Part shown: in pieces, positions 49,769 through 59,238 of the stretch
Position numbering within the stretch: position 1 is the stretch's first letter
Layout of the letters: each line of letters starts with the position of its first letter
Notes under the pieces: generated by a model
Database searches by the model: none
Seen by the model: only the letters and a program-made list of their open reading frames with translations
Told to the model about the DNA's origin: nothing
Origin: Candidatus Latescibacterota bacterium
GTDB taxonomy: Bacteria; Latescibacterota; UBA2968
Length of the DNA stretch: 64,000 bases
Direction of reading: 5' to 3'
Assembly (NCBI GenBank): GCA_965204745.1
Contig: OZ242010.1
Span: 1,856,001-1,920,000 of the forward strand
Translations under genes and position numbers: made by a program

Positions 49769-52072
49769 ATGGTTCTCATTTTATCGGAGGCAAGCGTTAG
49801 GCGGTCAGTGGCGGGCAAACGTCCCGTTCTGCTCGCTTGCTTACCGCTTCTCCTCGCGCTGTCAACGGTCTTTGTTTTTGGGCATGACCTGCGAAGTCAC
49901 ATAGAGCGTTCTCATAGTCACTCTGTCCTTACGCATCATAAAATGGCGATAGCGGCCAATCTGTCTTTGGATCACAACTTCTTGATGTTCTGGCGTCAAA
50001 CACTCGAGGCAGATGGCACGGTTTCTTACGAACCGTATAATCGCCATCCCATAGGTGGGCAGGTGCTCATCGCGCTGGCTATCCTGCCCTTTGGCGATGA
50101 CTTGGCAAGCCAACTCTATGCGGCCAGGACCCTGATGTTGCTGTGCTTTGTTGCCACCGCACTGCTGGCGTATCTCTGCCTTTGCCGGCTGACACATCAT
50201 CCATGGATCGCCGCAACCGCGACGCTCTTGGCGTTCTCATCGTTCTATTGCTTGTTCTTCAGCGATATGGTGCATAATGAAACGGGGATCGATCTGATCG
50301 GGGTGATGCTGACTTTTCACGGCATGGTCATTTTCATTCGTGAGGGGCGCTTTCGGCAATTGTTGGTCAAGACGTGCATCGCGCTGTTTTTAGGCTGGCA
50401 TGTCTATGCGCTGCTGTTGCCCTTTATCGCGCTCGGATTGGTGCGCGAATGGTGCCGTGCGCGTTCAGTCCCTTTCAAGCTGAAGTGCGCCCGCCTGCTT
50501 CGCAGTCGCTATGTGTTGCTCGGCATTGTCGCATTGCTTTTGGGGTTGTCCTTGTTGACCTTTAATTTTGTCAATGAATACGTCGCGCTGAAAGGTGAAA
50601 AAGCATTGACGGAATTACCGTCTTTCCAGTCTATGATGTATCGCACGGGAATAGGTCCCATATCAATATATATGTCTTACGAGTACCTCCTGAAGTGGGA
50701 TTCCCTTCTGCTGGGTCAATTTTCTCGCATTGGTGGGATGTCAACGCCGTATTTCATCCTGCCCTCTCTCGGCGTGCTTAGGCCACCGCAGTCTTACGTG
50801 CCCTTGTCCGTTGGTGTGGGCATTGGGATGTTTGTTGCGTGTCTGGTGGGGGTATATTTCACGCGCCCGAGAATCCTTTGGGCGACCTTGATTCTGGTTG
50901 GCTTCTGTTGGGCATTGCCCATGCGCCATAACGTTATAGACCTTGACCATGACTTCGAGAGCGTGTTTTACATCGGCCTGCCCCTGGTCTTCTTCTCGCT
51001 TATTCTGATGTGCCTATCCCGACGCTTCAAGACCCCTCTTTTGATGGTCGGCTTTGCGGGTGTTGCCCTGATCGTCTTTGTGCTTTCCAGTTTCCAGATG
51101 AGCCGCTTCTATGCCCCCGATGCGACGCAACGCCAAAAGGTCGAGCTATCGGACATTACAGCCATCCGCCGGTTAACGGCAGATGGCGACCTCATTTTTG
51201 TGCCGTTCTACGCCTCCCTCAAGAAATGGCGGATAAGATACTATCTGAACCGGAGGATCATTCACGCTCATTCTCTCACCGCAGAGGGCTTCACGATGAT
51301 GTATGATCGCCTGGAGACAGACGCACTGCTCACGCCGAAAAACGAGCGGCTATTCCTTTATGACTCCAAGAAATTGCTCAAAGCGTATCGGCAGGCAGTC
51401 GTGTCTGGCGAGTTGGTGGCGCGGTCAACCTTTGATGTGTACCGAGACGAGCGTGCGTTGCATTACGTCAAAAGTCCCTGTTCTGATGCGGACATGCAGA
51501 CCGAATTCTTCTTGCACATCTTTCCCACGGACGAGAGATCTATTCCTGTCCACCGCAGGTGGCTTGGATATGATACCGAAGGCTTTAAGTTTTGGAAGCA
51601 CGGTTTGCGATTCGACGATAAATGCTTGGCGAGCATCGCGCTTCCGAACTACGACATCGCCCGGATTGAAACCGGGCCACTTTCCCCCGGCCAAAGCAAT
51701 GAACGCGCTTATGATCCCGACAGGCTCGAGGTGTATCGGCAGGTATATCAACGGGTCGTGTCTGGCGAGTTGGTGGCGCGGTCAACCTTCGACGTGTATC
51801 GCGACGAGCGTGCGTTGCATTACGTCAAAAGTCCCTGTTCTGACGCGGACATGAAGACCAAATTCTTCTTACACATCTTTCCGACCGACAGAAAGGAACT
51901 GGACTCCCGTCGCTGGCAGTGGGGGTATGACAACGACAGCTTTGATTTTTCTGAGCAAGGTCTGCGGTTCGATGACAAATGCTTGGCGAGCGTCGCGCTT
52001 CCGCACTACGACATCGCTCGGATTAAAACGGGTCAGTGGAAGCCTAAAATTTTTCTCAGAATGAATAGGTAA
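49769..52072 (+). CDS. Array paralog 7 (2 domains, shortened and altered C-terminus)
   Basis: 767 aa; ends TGQWKPKIFLRMNR instead of ...EQSK. Confidence 0.72.
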   Translation: MVLILSEASVRRSVAGKRPVLLACLPLLLALSTVFVFGHDLRSHIERSHSHSVLTHHKMAIAANLSLDHNFLMFWRQTLEADGTVSYEPYNRHPIGGQVLIALAILPFGDDLASQLYAARTLMLLCFVATALLAYLCLCRLTHHPWIAATATLLAFSSFYCLFFSDMVHNETGIDLIGVMLTFHGMVIFIREGRFRQLLVKTCIALFLGWHVYALLLPFIALGLVREWCRARSVPFKLKCARLLRSRYVLLGIVALLLGLSLLTFNFVNEYVALKGEKALTELPSFQSMMYRTGIGPISIYMSYEYLLKWDSLLLGQFSRIGGMSTPYFILPSLGVLRPPQSYVPLSVGVGIGMFVACLVGVYFTRPRILWATLILVGFCWALPMRHNVIDLDHDFESVFYIGLPLVFFSLILMCLSRRFKTPLLMVGFAGVALIVFVLSSFQMSRFYAPDATQRQKVELSDITAIRRLTADGDLIFVPFYASLKKWRIRYYLNRRIIHAHSLTAEGFTMMYDRLETDALLTPKNERLFLYDSKKLLKAYRQAVVSGELVARSTFDVYRDERALHYVKSPCSDADMQTEFFLHIFPTDERSIPVHRRWLGYDTEGFKFWKHGLRFDDKCLASIALPNYDIARIETGPLSPGQSNERAYDPDRLEVYRQVYQRVVSGELVARSTFDVYRDERALHYVKSPCSDADMKTKFFLHIFPTDRKELDSRRWQWGYDNDSFDFSEQGLRFDDKCLASVALPHYDIARIKTGQWKPKIFLRMNR

Positions 52073-52137
52073 AGTAGGTGATACATCTGAGCGTTACGCA
52101 CAACTGCTCTTTCAAATCAACTTAGGAGGCTTAGGCC

Positions 52138-54468
52138 ATGATTCTCATTCCATCAGAAGCAAGCGTTAGGCGGTCAGTGGCGGGCAAACGTCCCGTTTTG
52201 CTCGCTTGCTTACCACTTCTCCTCGCGCTTTCAACGGTCTTTATTTTTGGTCATGACCTGCGAAGTCACTTTGTGCGTTATCGTCACTCTGCCCTTACGC
52301 ATCATAAAATGTCGATATCCGCCAACCTTTCTCCAGATCACAACTTTCTGACGTTCTATGCCCAACCGCTCAATGCCGATGGCACGGTTTCTTACGTAAT
52401 GCATAATCGCTTTCCCATAGGTGGGTATGTGCTCATCGCGCTGGTCATCCTGCCTTTTGGCGACGACTTGGCAGCCCAACTCTATGCGGCAAGGACGCTG
52501 ATGTTGCTGTGCTTTGTTGCCACAGCACTGCTGGCGTATCTCTGCCTTTGCCGGCTAATACATCATCCCTGGATCGCCGCAACCGCGACGCTCTTGGCGT
52601 TCTCATCGTTCCATTGCTTGTTCTTCAGCGATATGGTGCAAAATGAAGCGGGGATCGATCTGCTCGGGGTAATGCTGACCTTTCACGGGATGGTCATTTT
52701 CTTCTGTGAGGGTCGCTTTCGGCAACTGCTGGTCAAGACGTGCATCGCGCTGTTTTTGGGCTGGCATGTCTATGCGTTGCTGTTGCCCTTTATCGCGCTC
52801 GGATTGGTGCGCGAATGGTGCCGTGCGCGTTCAGTCCCTTTCAAGCTGAAGTGCTCCCGCCTGCTTCGCAGTCGCTATGTGTTGCTCGGCATTGTCGCAT
52901 TGCTGTTTGGGTTGTCCTTGTTGACCTTTAATTTTTTCAATGAGTACGTCGCGCTGAAAGGTGAGAAATCCCTGACGGAATTACCGGCTTTCCGGTCTAT
53001 GATATATCGCACGGGAATAGATACCCCATGGGATAGACTCCAGAACCCCTTGAGGTGGGATTCCTTTCTGCGAGGTCAATTCTCTCGCATTGGTGGGATG
53101 TTCACGCCGTATTTTATTTTGCCCTACCTTAGCGCACTTCCCCCGGAGTTTTATGTGCCCTTGTCTGTTGGCGCGGGCATTGGGGTGTTTGTTTTTTGTC
53201 TGTTTGGGGTATATTTCACGCGCCCGAGAATCCTTTGGGCGACCTTGGGTCTGTTTGGCTTCTGTTGGACATTGCCCATGCGCCATCAAGTTAAAGAGAT
53301 TTACCATGCCTACGAAAGCGTGTTTTACATCGGCCTGCCTCTGGTCTTTTTCTCGCTTATTCTGCTGTGTCTATCCCGCCGCTTCAAGACTCCTCTTTTG
53401 ATGGTCGGCTTTGCGGGTGTTGCGCTGATCGTCTTTGTGCTTTCCAGTTTTCAGATGAGCCACTTCTATATCCCCGATGAGACGCAACGCCAAAAGGTCG
53501 AACTGGCAGACGCGACAGCCATCCGCCGGTTAACGGCAGATGGCGACCTCATTTTTGTGCCCTTCTACACCTCCTTCAAGAGACATCGGCTAAGATACTA
53601 TCTGAACCGGAGAATTATTCACTCTTATTTTTTTCCCGCAGAGGGCTTCACGATGATGAAAGATCGCCTGGAGACAGACGCACTGCTCACGCCGAAAAAC
53701 GAGCGGATATTCCTCTATGACTCCAAGAAATTGCTCAAAGCGTATCGGCAGGCATATCAACGGGTCGTGTCTGGCGAGCCTGTGGCGCGGTCAACCTTTG
53801 ATGTGTATCGCGATGAGCGCACGTTGCATTACGTCAAAAGTCCCTGTTCTGACGCGGACAGGAAGACCAAATTCTTCTTGCACATCTTTCCGACCGACAG
53901 AAAGGAACTGGACGCCCAGCGCTGGGTGTGGGGGTATGACAACGACAACTTTTCTTTTCATACGCGAGGCCTGCGGTTTGATGACAAATGCTTGGCGAGC
54001 GTCGCGCTTCCACACTACGACATCGCCCGGATTGAAACCGGTCCACTTTCCCCCGGCCAAAGCAATGAACGCACTGATGATCCCGGGATGCTCAAAGCGT
54101 ATCGGCAGGCATATCAACGGGTCGTGTCTGGCGAACCTGTGGCGCGGTCAACCTTTGATGTGTATCGCGATGAGCACATGTTGCATTACGTCAAAAGTCC
54201 CTGTTCTGATGCGGACGTGAAGACCAAATTCTTCTTGCACATCTTTCCGACCGACAGAAAGGAATTGGACGCCCATCGCTATCTGTGGGGGTATAACAGC
54301 GGCGACTTTAGTTTTTTGAGGCGAGGCGGTCTGCGGTTCGATGACAAATGCTTGGCGAGCATCGCGCTTCCGCACTACGACATCGCTCGTATTAAAACAG
54401 GTCAGTTCTACATTGATAAAGTTAGAGTGTGGGAGGCAGAAATTTTTCTCAACGAGCAGTCAAAGTAG
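52138..54468 (+). CDS. Array paralog 8 (2 C-terminal domains)
   Basis: 776 aa; AGGAGG RBS. Confidence 0.75.
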   Translation: MILIPSEASVRRSVAGKRPVLLACLPLLLALSTVFIFGHDLRSHFVRYRHSALTHHKMSISANLSPDHNFLTFYAQPLNADGTVSYVMHNRFPIGGYVLIALVILPFGDDLAAQLYAARTLMLLCFVATALLAYLCLCRLIHHPWIAATATLLAFSSFHCLFFSDMVQNEAGIDLLGVMLTFHGMVIFFCEGRFRQLLVKTCIALFLGWHVYALLLPFIALGLVREWCRARSVPFKLKCSRLLRSRYVLLGIVALLFGLSLLTFNFFNEYVALKGEKSLTELPAFRSMIYRTGIDTPWDRLQNPLRWDSFLRGQFSRIGGMFTPYFILPYLSALPPEFYVPLSVGAGIGVFVFCLFGVYFTRPRILWATLGLFGFCWTLPMRHQVKEIYHAYESVFYIGLPLVFFSLILLCLSRRFKTPLLMVGFAGVALIVFVLSSFQMSHFYIPDETQRQKVELADATAIRRLTADGDLIFVPFYTSFKRHRLRYYLNRRIIHSYFFPAEGFTMMKDRLETDALLTPKNERIFLYDSKKLLKAYRQAYQRVVSGEPVARSTFDVYRDERTLHYVKSPCSDADRKTKFFLHIFPTDRKELDAQRWVWGYDNDNFSFHTRGLRFDDKCLASVALPHYDIARIETGPLSPGQSNERTDDPGMLKAYRQAYQRVVSGEPVARSTFDVYRDEHMLHYVKSPCSDADVKTKFFLHIFPTDRKELDAHRYLWGYNSGDFSFLRRGGLRFDDKCLASIALPHYDIARIKTGQFYIDKVRVWEAEIFLNEQSK

Positions 54469-54497
54469 ATACCCTATCCATTTCAGAGACTTAGGCC

Positions 54498-56888
54498 ATG
54501 ATTCTCATTCCATCAGAGGCAAGCGTTAGGCGGTCAGTGGCGGGCAAACGTCCCGTCCTGCTCGCTTGCTTACCGCTTCTCCTCGCGCTGTCAACGGTCT
54601 TTGTTTTTGGGCATGACCTGCGAAGTCACATAGCGCGTTCTAAGAGTCACTCTTTCCATACGCATCATAAAATGGCGATATCAGCCAATCTGTCTTTGGA
54701 TCACCACTTTCTGATGTTCTATCGCCAAACGCTCAATGCCGATGGCGCGGTTTCTTACGTACCGAATAATCGCTTTCCCATAGGTGGGCATGTGCTCATC
54801 GCGCTGGCTATCCTGCCCTTTGGCGATGACTTGGCAACCCAACTCTATGCGGCAAGGACCCTGATGTTGCTGTGCTTTGCCGCCACAGCACTGCTGGCCT
54901 ATCTCTGCCTTTGCCGGCTGACACATCATCCCTGGATCGCCACAACCGCGACGCTCTTGGCGTTCTCATCGTTCTATTGCTTGTTCTACAGCGATATGGT
55001 GTTCAATGAAGCGGGGATCGATCTGCTCGGGGTGATGCTGACCTTTCACGGCATGGTCATTTTCATTTATGAGGGTCGTTTTCGGCAACTGCTGGTCAAG
55101 ACGTGCATCGCGCTGTTTTTGGGCTGGCATGTCTATGCGTTGCTGTTGCCCTTTATCGCGCTCGGAATGGTGCGGGAATGGTGCCGTGCGCGTTCAGTCC
55201 CTTTCAAGTTGAAATGCTCCCGCCTGCTTCGCAGTCGCTATGTGTTGCTCGGCATTGTCGCGTTGCTCGTTGGGTTGTCCTTATTGACCTTTAATTTTTT
55301 CATTGAATACGTCGCGCTGAAGGGTGAGAAATCCCTGACGGAATTACCGTCTTTCCAGTCTATGATCTATCGCACGGGAATAGGTACCCCAGAAAATCGC
55401 TCCTCGCACCCCTTGAAGTGGGATTCCTTCCTGCGAGGTCAATGCTCTCGTATCGGTGGGATGTTCACGCCGTATTTCATCCTGCCCTCCCTCAATGCAC
55501 TTCTCCCGGAGTTTTATGTGCCCTTGTCCGTTGGCGTGGGCATTGGGGGGGTTATTTTGTGTCTGTCTGGGGTGTATTTCACGCGCCCAAGAATCCTTTG
55601 GGCGACCTTGATTCTGGTTGGCTTCTGTTGGGCATTGCCCATGCGCCATAATGTTAAAGAGCTTTCCCATAGCTTCGAGAGCGTGTTTTACATCGGCCTG
55701 CCTCTGGTCTTCTTCGCACTTGTTCTGCTGTGCCTATCCCGTCGCTTCAAGACCCCTCTTTTGATGGTCGGCTTTGCGGGTGCTGCCCTGATCGTCTTTG
55801 TGCTTTCCAGTCTTCAGATGAGCCATTTCTATGACCCCGATGCGACGCAACGCCAAAAGGTCGAGCTATCGGACGCGACAGCCATCCGCCGGTTAACGGC
55901 AGAGGACGACCTCATTTTTATCTCGCCCCATCCACATTTAAATTGGCCGGACTTTGGGGGCCTACGTTACGGGACAAGAATAGATTACTATTTGGCGCAG
56001 AGGATCATTCACTCTCATTCTCTCACCGCAGAGGGCTTCACGGTGAGGTATGATCGCCCTCTCACCGCAGAGGGCTTCACGGTGATAAATGATCGCCTGG
56101 AGACAGACGCGCTGCTCACGCCGAAAAACGAGCGGATATTCCTCTATGACTCCAAGAAATTGCTCAAAGCGTATCGGCAGGCAGTCGTGTCTGGCGAGTT
56201 AGTGGCGCGATCAACCTTTGATGTGTATCGCGACGAGCGTGCGTTGCATTACGTCAAAACGCCCTGTTCTGATGAGGACTTGAAGACCAAATTCTTCTTG
56301 CACATCTTTCCGACCAACAGGAAGGAACTGGACTCTCATCGCTTGCTGTGGGGGTATAACAACTACTCCTTTTCTTTTGATAAGCAAGGCCTGCGGTTCG
56401 ATGACAAATGCTTGGTGAGCATCGCGCTTCCGCATTACGATATCGCCCGTGTTGAAACAGGTCCACTTTCCTCCGACCAAAGCAAAGAACGCGCTAATGA
56501 CCCCGACAGGCTCGAGGTGTATCGGCAAGCATATCAACGGGTCATGTCTGGCGAGTTAGTGACGCGATCAACTTTCGACGTATATCGCGTATCGCGGGCA
56601 TTGTATTACGTCAAAAGTCCCTGTTCTGATGCGGACGTAAAGACCAAATTCTTCTTGCACATCTTTCCGACCAACAGGAAGGAACTGGACTCCTTGCGCT
56701 GGCAGTGGGGGTATAACAACTACGACTTTTTTTTTGATAAGCAAGGCCTGCGGTTCGATGACAAATGCTTGGCGAGCATCGCGCTTCCGCACTATGCCAT
56801 CGCCCGGATTGAAACGGGTCAGTTCTACTTTGATAGTAGAGGCAAACAATGGAAGGCAAAAATTTTTCTCAACGAGCAGGCAAAGTAG
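54498..56888 (+). CDS. Array paralog 9 (2 domains, 39-bp internal duplication)
   Basis: 796 aa; LTAEGFTV occurs twice. Confidence 0.75.
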   Translation: MILIPSEASVRRSVAGKRPVLLACLPLLLALSTVFVFGHDLRSHIARSKSHSFHTHHKMAISANLSLDHHFLMFYRQTLNADGAVSYVPNNRFPIGGHVLIALAILPFGDDLATQLYAARTLMLLCFAATALLAYLCLCRLTHHPWIATTATLLAFSSFYCLFYSDMVFNEAGIDLLGVMLTFHGMVIFIYEGRFRQLLVKTCIALFLGWHVYALLLPFIALGMVREWCRARSVPFKLKCSRLLRSRYVLLGIVALLVGLSLLTFNFFIEYVALKGEKSLTELPSFQSMIYRTGIGTPENRSSHPLKWDSFLRGQCSRIGGMFTPYFILPSLNALLPEFYVPLSVGVGIGGVILCLSGVYFTRPRILWATLILVGFCWALPMRHNVKELSHSFESVFYIGLPLVFFALVLLCLSRRFKTPLLMVGFAGAALIVFVLSSLQMSHFYDPDATQRQKVELSDATAIRRLTAEDDLIFISPHPHLNWPDFGGLRYGTRIDYYLAQRIIHSHSLTAEGFTVRYDRPLTAEGFTVINDRLETDALLTPKNERIFLYDSKKLLKAYRQAVVSGELVARSTFDVYRDERALHYVKTPCSDEDLKTKFFLHIFPTNRKELDSHRLLWGYNNYSFSFDKQGLRFDDKCLVSIALPHYDIARVETGPLSSDQSKERANDPDRLEVYRQAYQRVMSGELVTRSTFDVYRVSRALYYVKSPCSDADVKTKFFLHIFPTNRKELDSLRWQWGYNNYDFFFDKQGLRFDDKCLASIALPHYAIARIETGQFYFDSRGKQWKAKIFLNEQAK

Positions 56889-56917
56889 ATACCATATCGT
56901 TTTAGGAGGCTTAGGCC

Positions 56918-59209
56918 ATGGTTCTAACAGATGCCAGCGTTAGGCGGTCAGTCGCGGGCAAACGTCCCGTTCTGCTCGCTTGCTTACCGTTGCTCCTCGC
57001 GCTGTCAACGGTCTTTATTTTTTGCCACGACCTGCGAAGCCACTGTGTACGTTCTTATAGTCACTCTGTCCTTACGCATCATAAAATGGCGATAGCCGCC
57101 AATCTGTCTTTGGATCACCACTTCCTGATGTTCTATCGCCAAACGCTCAATGCCGATGGCGCGGTTTCTTACGAACTGTATAATCGCTTTCCCATAGGTG
57201 GGTATGTGCTCATCGCGCTGGCTATCCTGCCCTTTGGCGATGACTTGGCAACCCAACTCTATGCGGCAAGGACCCTGATGTTGCTGTGCTTTGTTGCAAC
57301 AGCACTGCTGGCCTATCTCTGCCTTTGCCGGCTGACACATCATCCCTGGATCGCCGCAACCGCGACGCTCTTGGCGTTCTCATCATTCTATTGCTTGTTC
57401 TACAGCGATATGGTGCATAATGAAACGGGGATCGACCTGCTCGGGGTGATGCTGACTTTTCACGGGATGGTCATTTTCTTATGTGAGGGTCGTTTTCGGC
57501 AACTGCTGGTCAAGATGTGCATCGCGCTGTTTTTGGGCTGGCATGTCTATGCGTTGCTGTTGCCCTTTATCGCGCTCGGATTGGTGCGAGAATGCCGTCG
57601 TGCGCGTTCAGTCCCTTTCAAGTTGAAGTGCTCCCGCCTACTTCGCAGTCGCTATGTGTTGCTCGGCATTGTCGCGTTGCTCGTTGGGTTGTCCTTGTTG
57701 ACCTTTAATTTTGTCAATGAATACGTCGCGCTGAAAGGTGAGAAATCCCTGACGGAATTACCGTCTTTCCAGTCTATGATGTATCGCACGGGAATAGATA
57801 CCCCATGGTATAGACTACAGAACCCCTTGAGGTGGGATTCCTTTCTGCTGGGTCAATTCTCTCGCATTGGTGGGATGTTCACGCCGTATTTTATTTTCCC
57901 CTACCTTAGCGCACTTCCCCCGGAGTTTTATGTGCCCTTGTCTGTTGGCGCGGGCATTGGGGTGTTTGTTTTTTATCTATTTGGGGTATATTTCACGCGC
58001 CCGAGAATCCTTTGGGCGACCTTGGGTCTGGTTGGCTTCTGTTGGGCATTGCCCATGCGCCATAATGTTAAAGAGCTTTCCCATAGCTTCGAGAGCGTGT
58101 TTTACATCGGCCTGCCTCTGGTCTTCTTCTCGCTTCTTCTGCTGTGCCTATCCCGCCGCTTCAAGGCCCCTCCTTTAATGGTCGGCTTTGCGGGTGTTGC
58201 CCTGATCGTCTTTGTGCTTTCCAGTTTTCAGATGAGCCACTTCTATGACCTCGATGCGACGCAACGCCAAAAGGTCGAACTGTCCGACGTTACAGCCATC
58301 CGCCGGTTAACGGCAGAGGACGACCTCATTTTTCTACCGTTCTATAGCTCATCTGATTTAAATCCGCCGAAGCTACATTACTATTTGGCGCGGAGGATCA
58401 TTCACGCTCATTCTCTCACCGCAGAGGGCTTCACGCTGATGGATGATCGCCTGGAGACAGACGCGTTGCTCACGCCGAAAAACGAGCGGATATTTCTTTA
58501 TGACTCCAAGAAATTGCTCAAAGCGTATCGGCAGGCAGTCGTGTCTGGCGAGTTGGTGGCGCGGTCAACCTTTGATGTGTATCGGGATGAGCGCACGTTG
58601 CATTACGTCAAAAGTCCCTGTTCTGACGCGGACATGAAGACCAAATTCTTCTTGTACATCTTTCCGACAGATGAGAGATCTATTCCCTTTGGATATGACA
58701 ACGAAGTCTTTAAGTTTCAGGATCGCGGTTTGCGCTTCGACGATAAATGCTTGGCGAGCGTCGCGCTTCCGAACTACGATATCGCCCGGATTGAAACCGG
58801 GCCACTTTCCCCGGCCCAAAGCAAAGAACGCGGAAGGCGCGAGGTGTATCGGCAATATCAACGGGTCGTGTCTGGCGAGTTGGTGGCGCGGTCAACCTTC
58901 GATGTGTATCGCGACGAGCGTGTGTTGCATTACGTCAAAACGCCCTGTTTTGATGAAGACATAAAAACCAAATTCTTCTTGCACATCTTTCCGACCGACA
59001 GAAAGGAACTGCCCTCCCATCGCTGGCTGTGGGGGTATGACAACGACGACTTTTCTTGGCGTAAGCGAGGCCTGCGGTTCGATGACAAATGCTTGGCGAG
59101 CATCGCGCTTCCACACTACGACATCGCCCGGATTAAAACGGGTCAGTTCTACGATGATGGGGTTAGAGTGTGGGAGGTAGAAATTTCTCTCAACGAGCAG
59201 TCAAAGTAG
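56918..59209 (+). CDS. Array paralog 10 (2 C-terminal domains)
   Basis: 763 aa; MVLTDASV start as in copy 1. Confidence 0.75.
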   Translation: MVLTDASVRRSVAGKRPVLLACLPLLLALSTVFIFCHDLRSHCVRSYSHSVLTHHKMAIAANLSLDHHFLMFYRQTLNADGAVSYELYNRFPIGGYVLIALAILPFGDDLATQLYAARTLMLLCFVATALLAYLCLCRLTHHPWIAATATLLAFSSFYCLFYSDMVHNETGIDLLGVMLTFHGMVIFLCEGRFRQLLVKMCIALFLGWHVYALLLPFIALGLVRECRRARSVPFKLKCSRLLRSRYVLLGIVALLVGLSLLTFNFVNEYVALKGEKSLTELPSFQSMMYRTGIDTPWYRLQNPLRWDSFLLGQFSRIGGMFTPYFIFPYLSALPPEFYVPLSVGAGIGVFVFYLFGVYFTRPRILWATLGLVGFCWALPMRHNVKELSHSFESVFYIGLPLVFFSLLLLCLSRRFKAPPLMVGFAGVALIVFVLSSFQMSHFYDLDATQRQKVELSDVTAIRRLTAEDDLIFLPFYSSSDLNPPKLHYYLARRIIHAHSLTAEGFTLMDDRLETDALLTPKNERIFLYDSKKLLKAYRQAVVSGELVARSTFDVYRDERTLHYVKSPCSDADMKTKFFLYIFPTDERSIPFGYDNEVFKFQDRGLRFDDKCLASVALPNYDIARIETGPLSPAQSKERGRREVYRQYQRVVSGELVARSTFDVYRDERVLHYVKTPCFDEDIKTKFFLHIFPTDRKELPSHRWLWGYDNDDFSWRKRGLRFDDKCLASIALPHYDIARIKTGQFYDDGVRVWEVEISLNEQSK

Positions 59210-59238
59210 ATCCCCTATCCATTTGGGAGGCTTAGGCC

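Noticed and set aside
52092-52102. CGTTACGCACA match to the MITE end at 10453-10463
   Set aside because: Only 11 bp and no partner IR; could be chance
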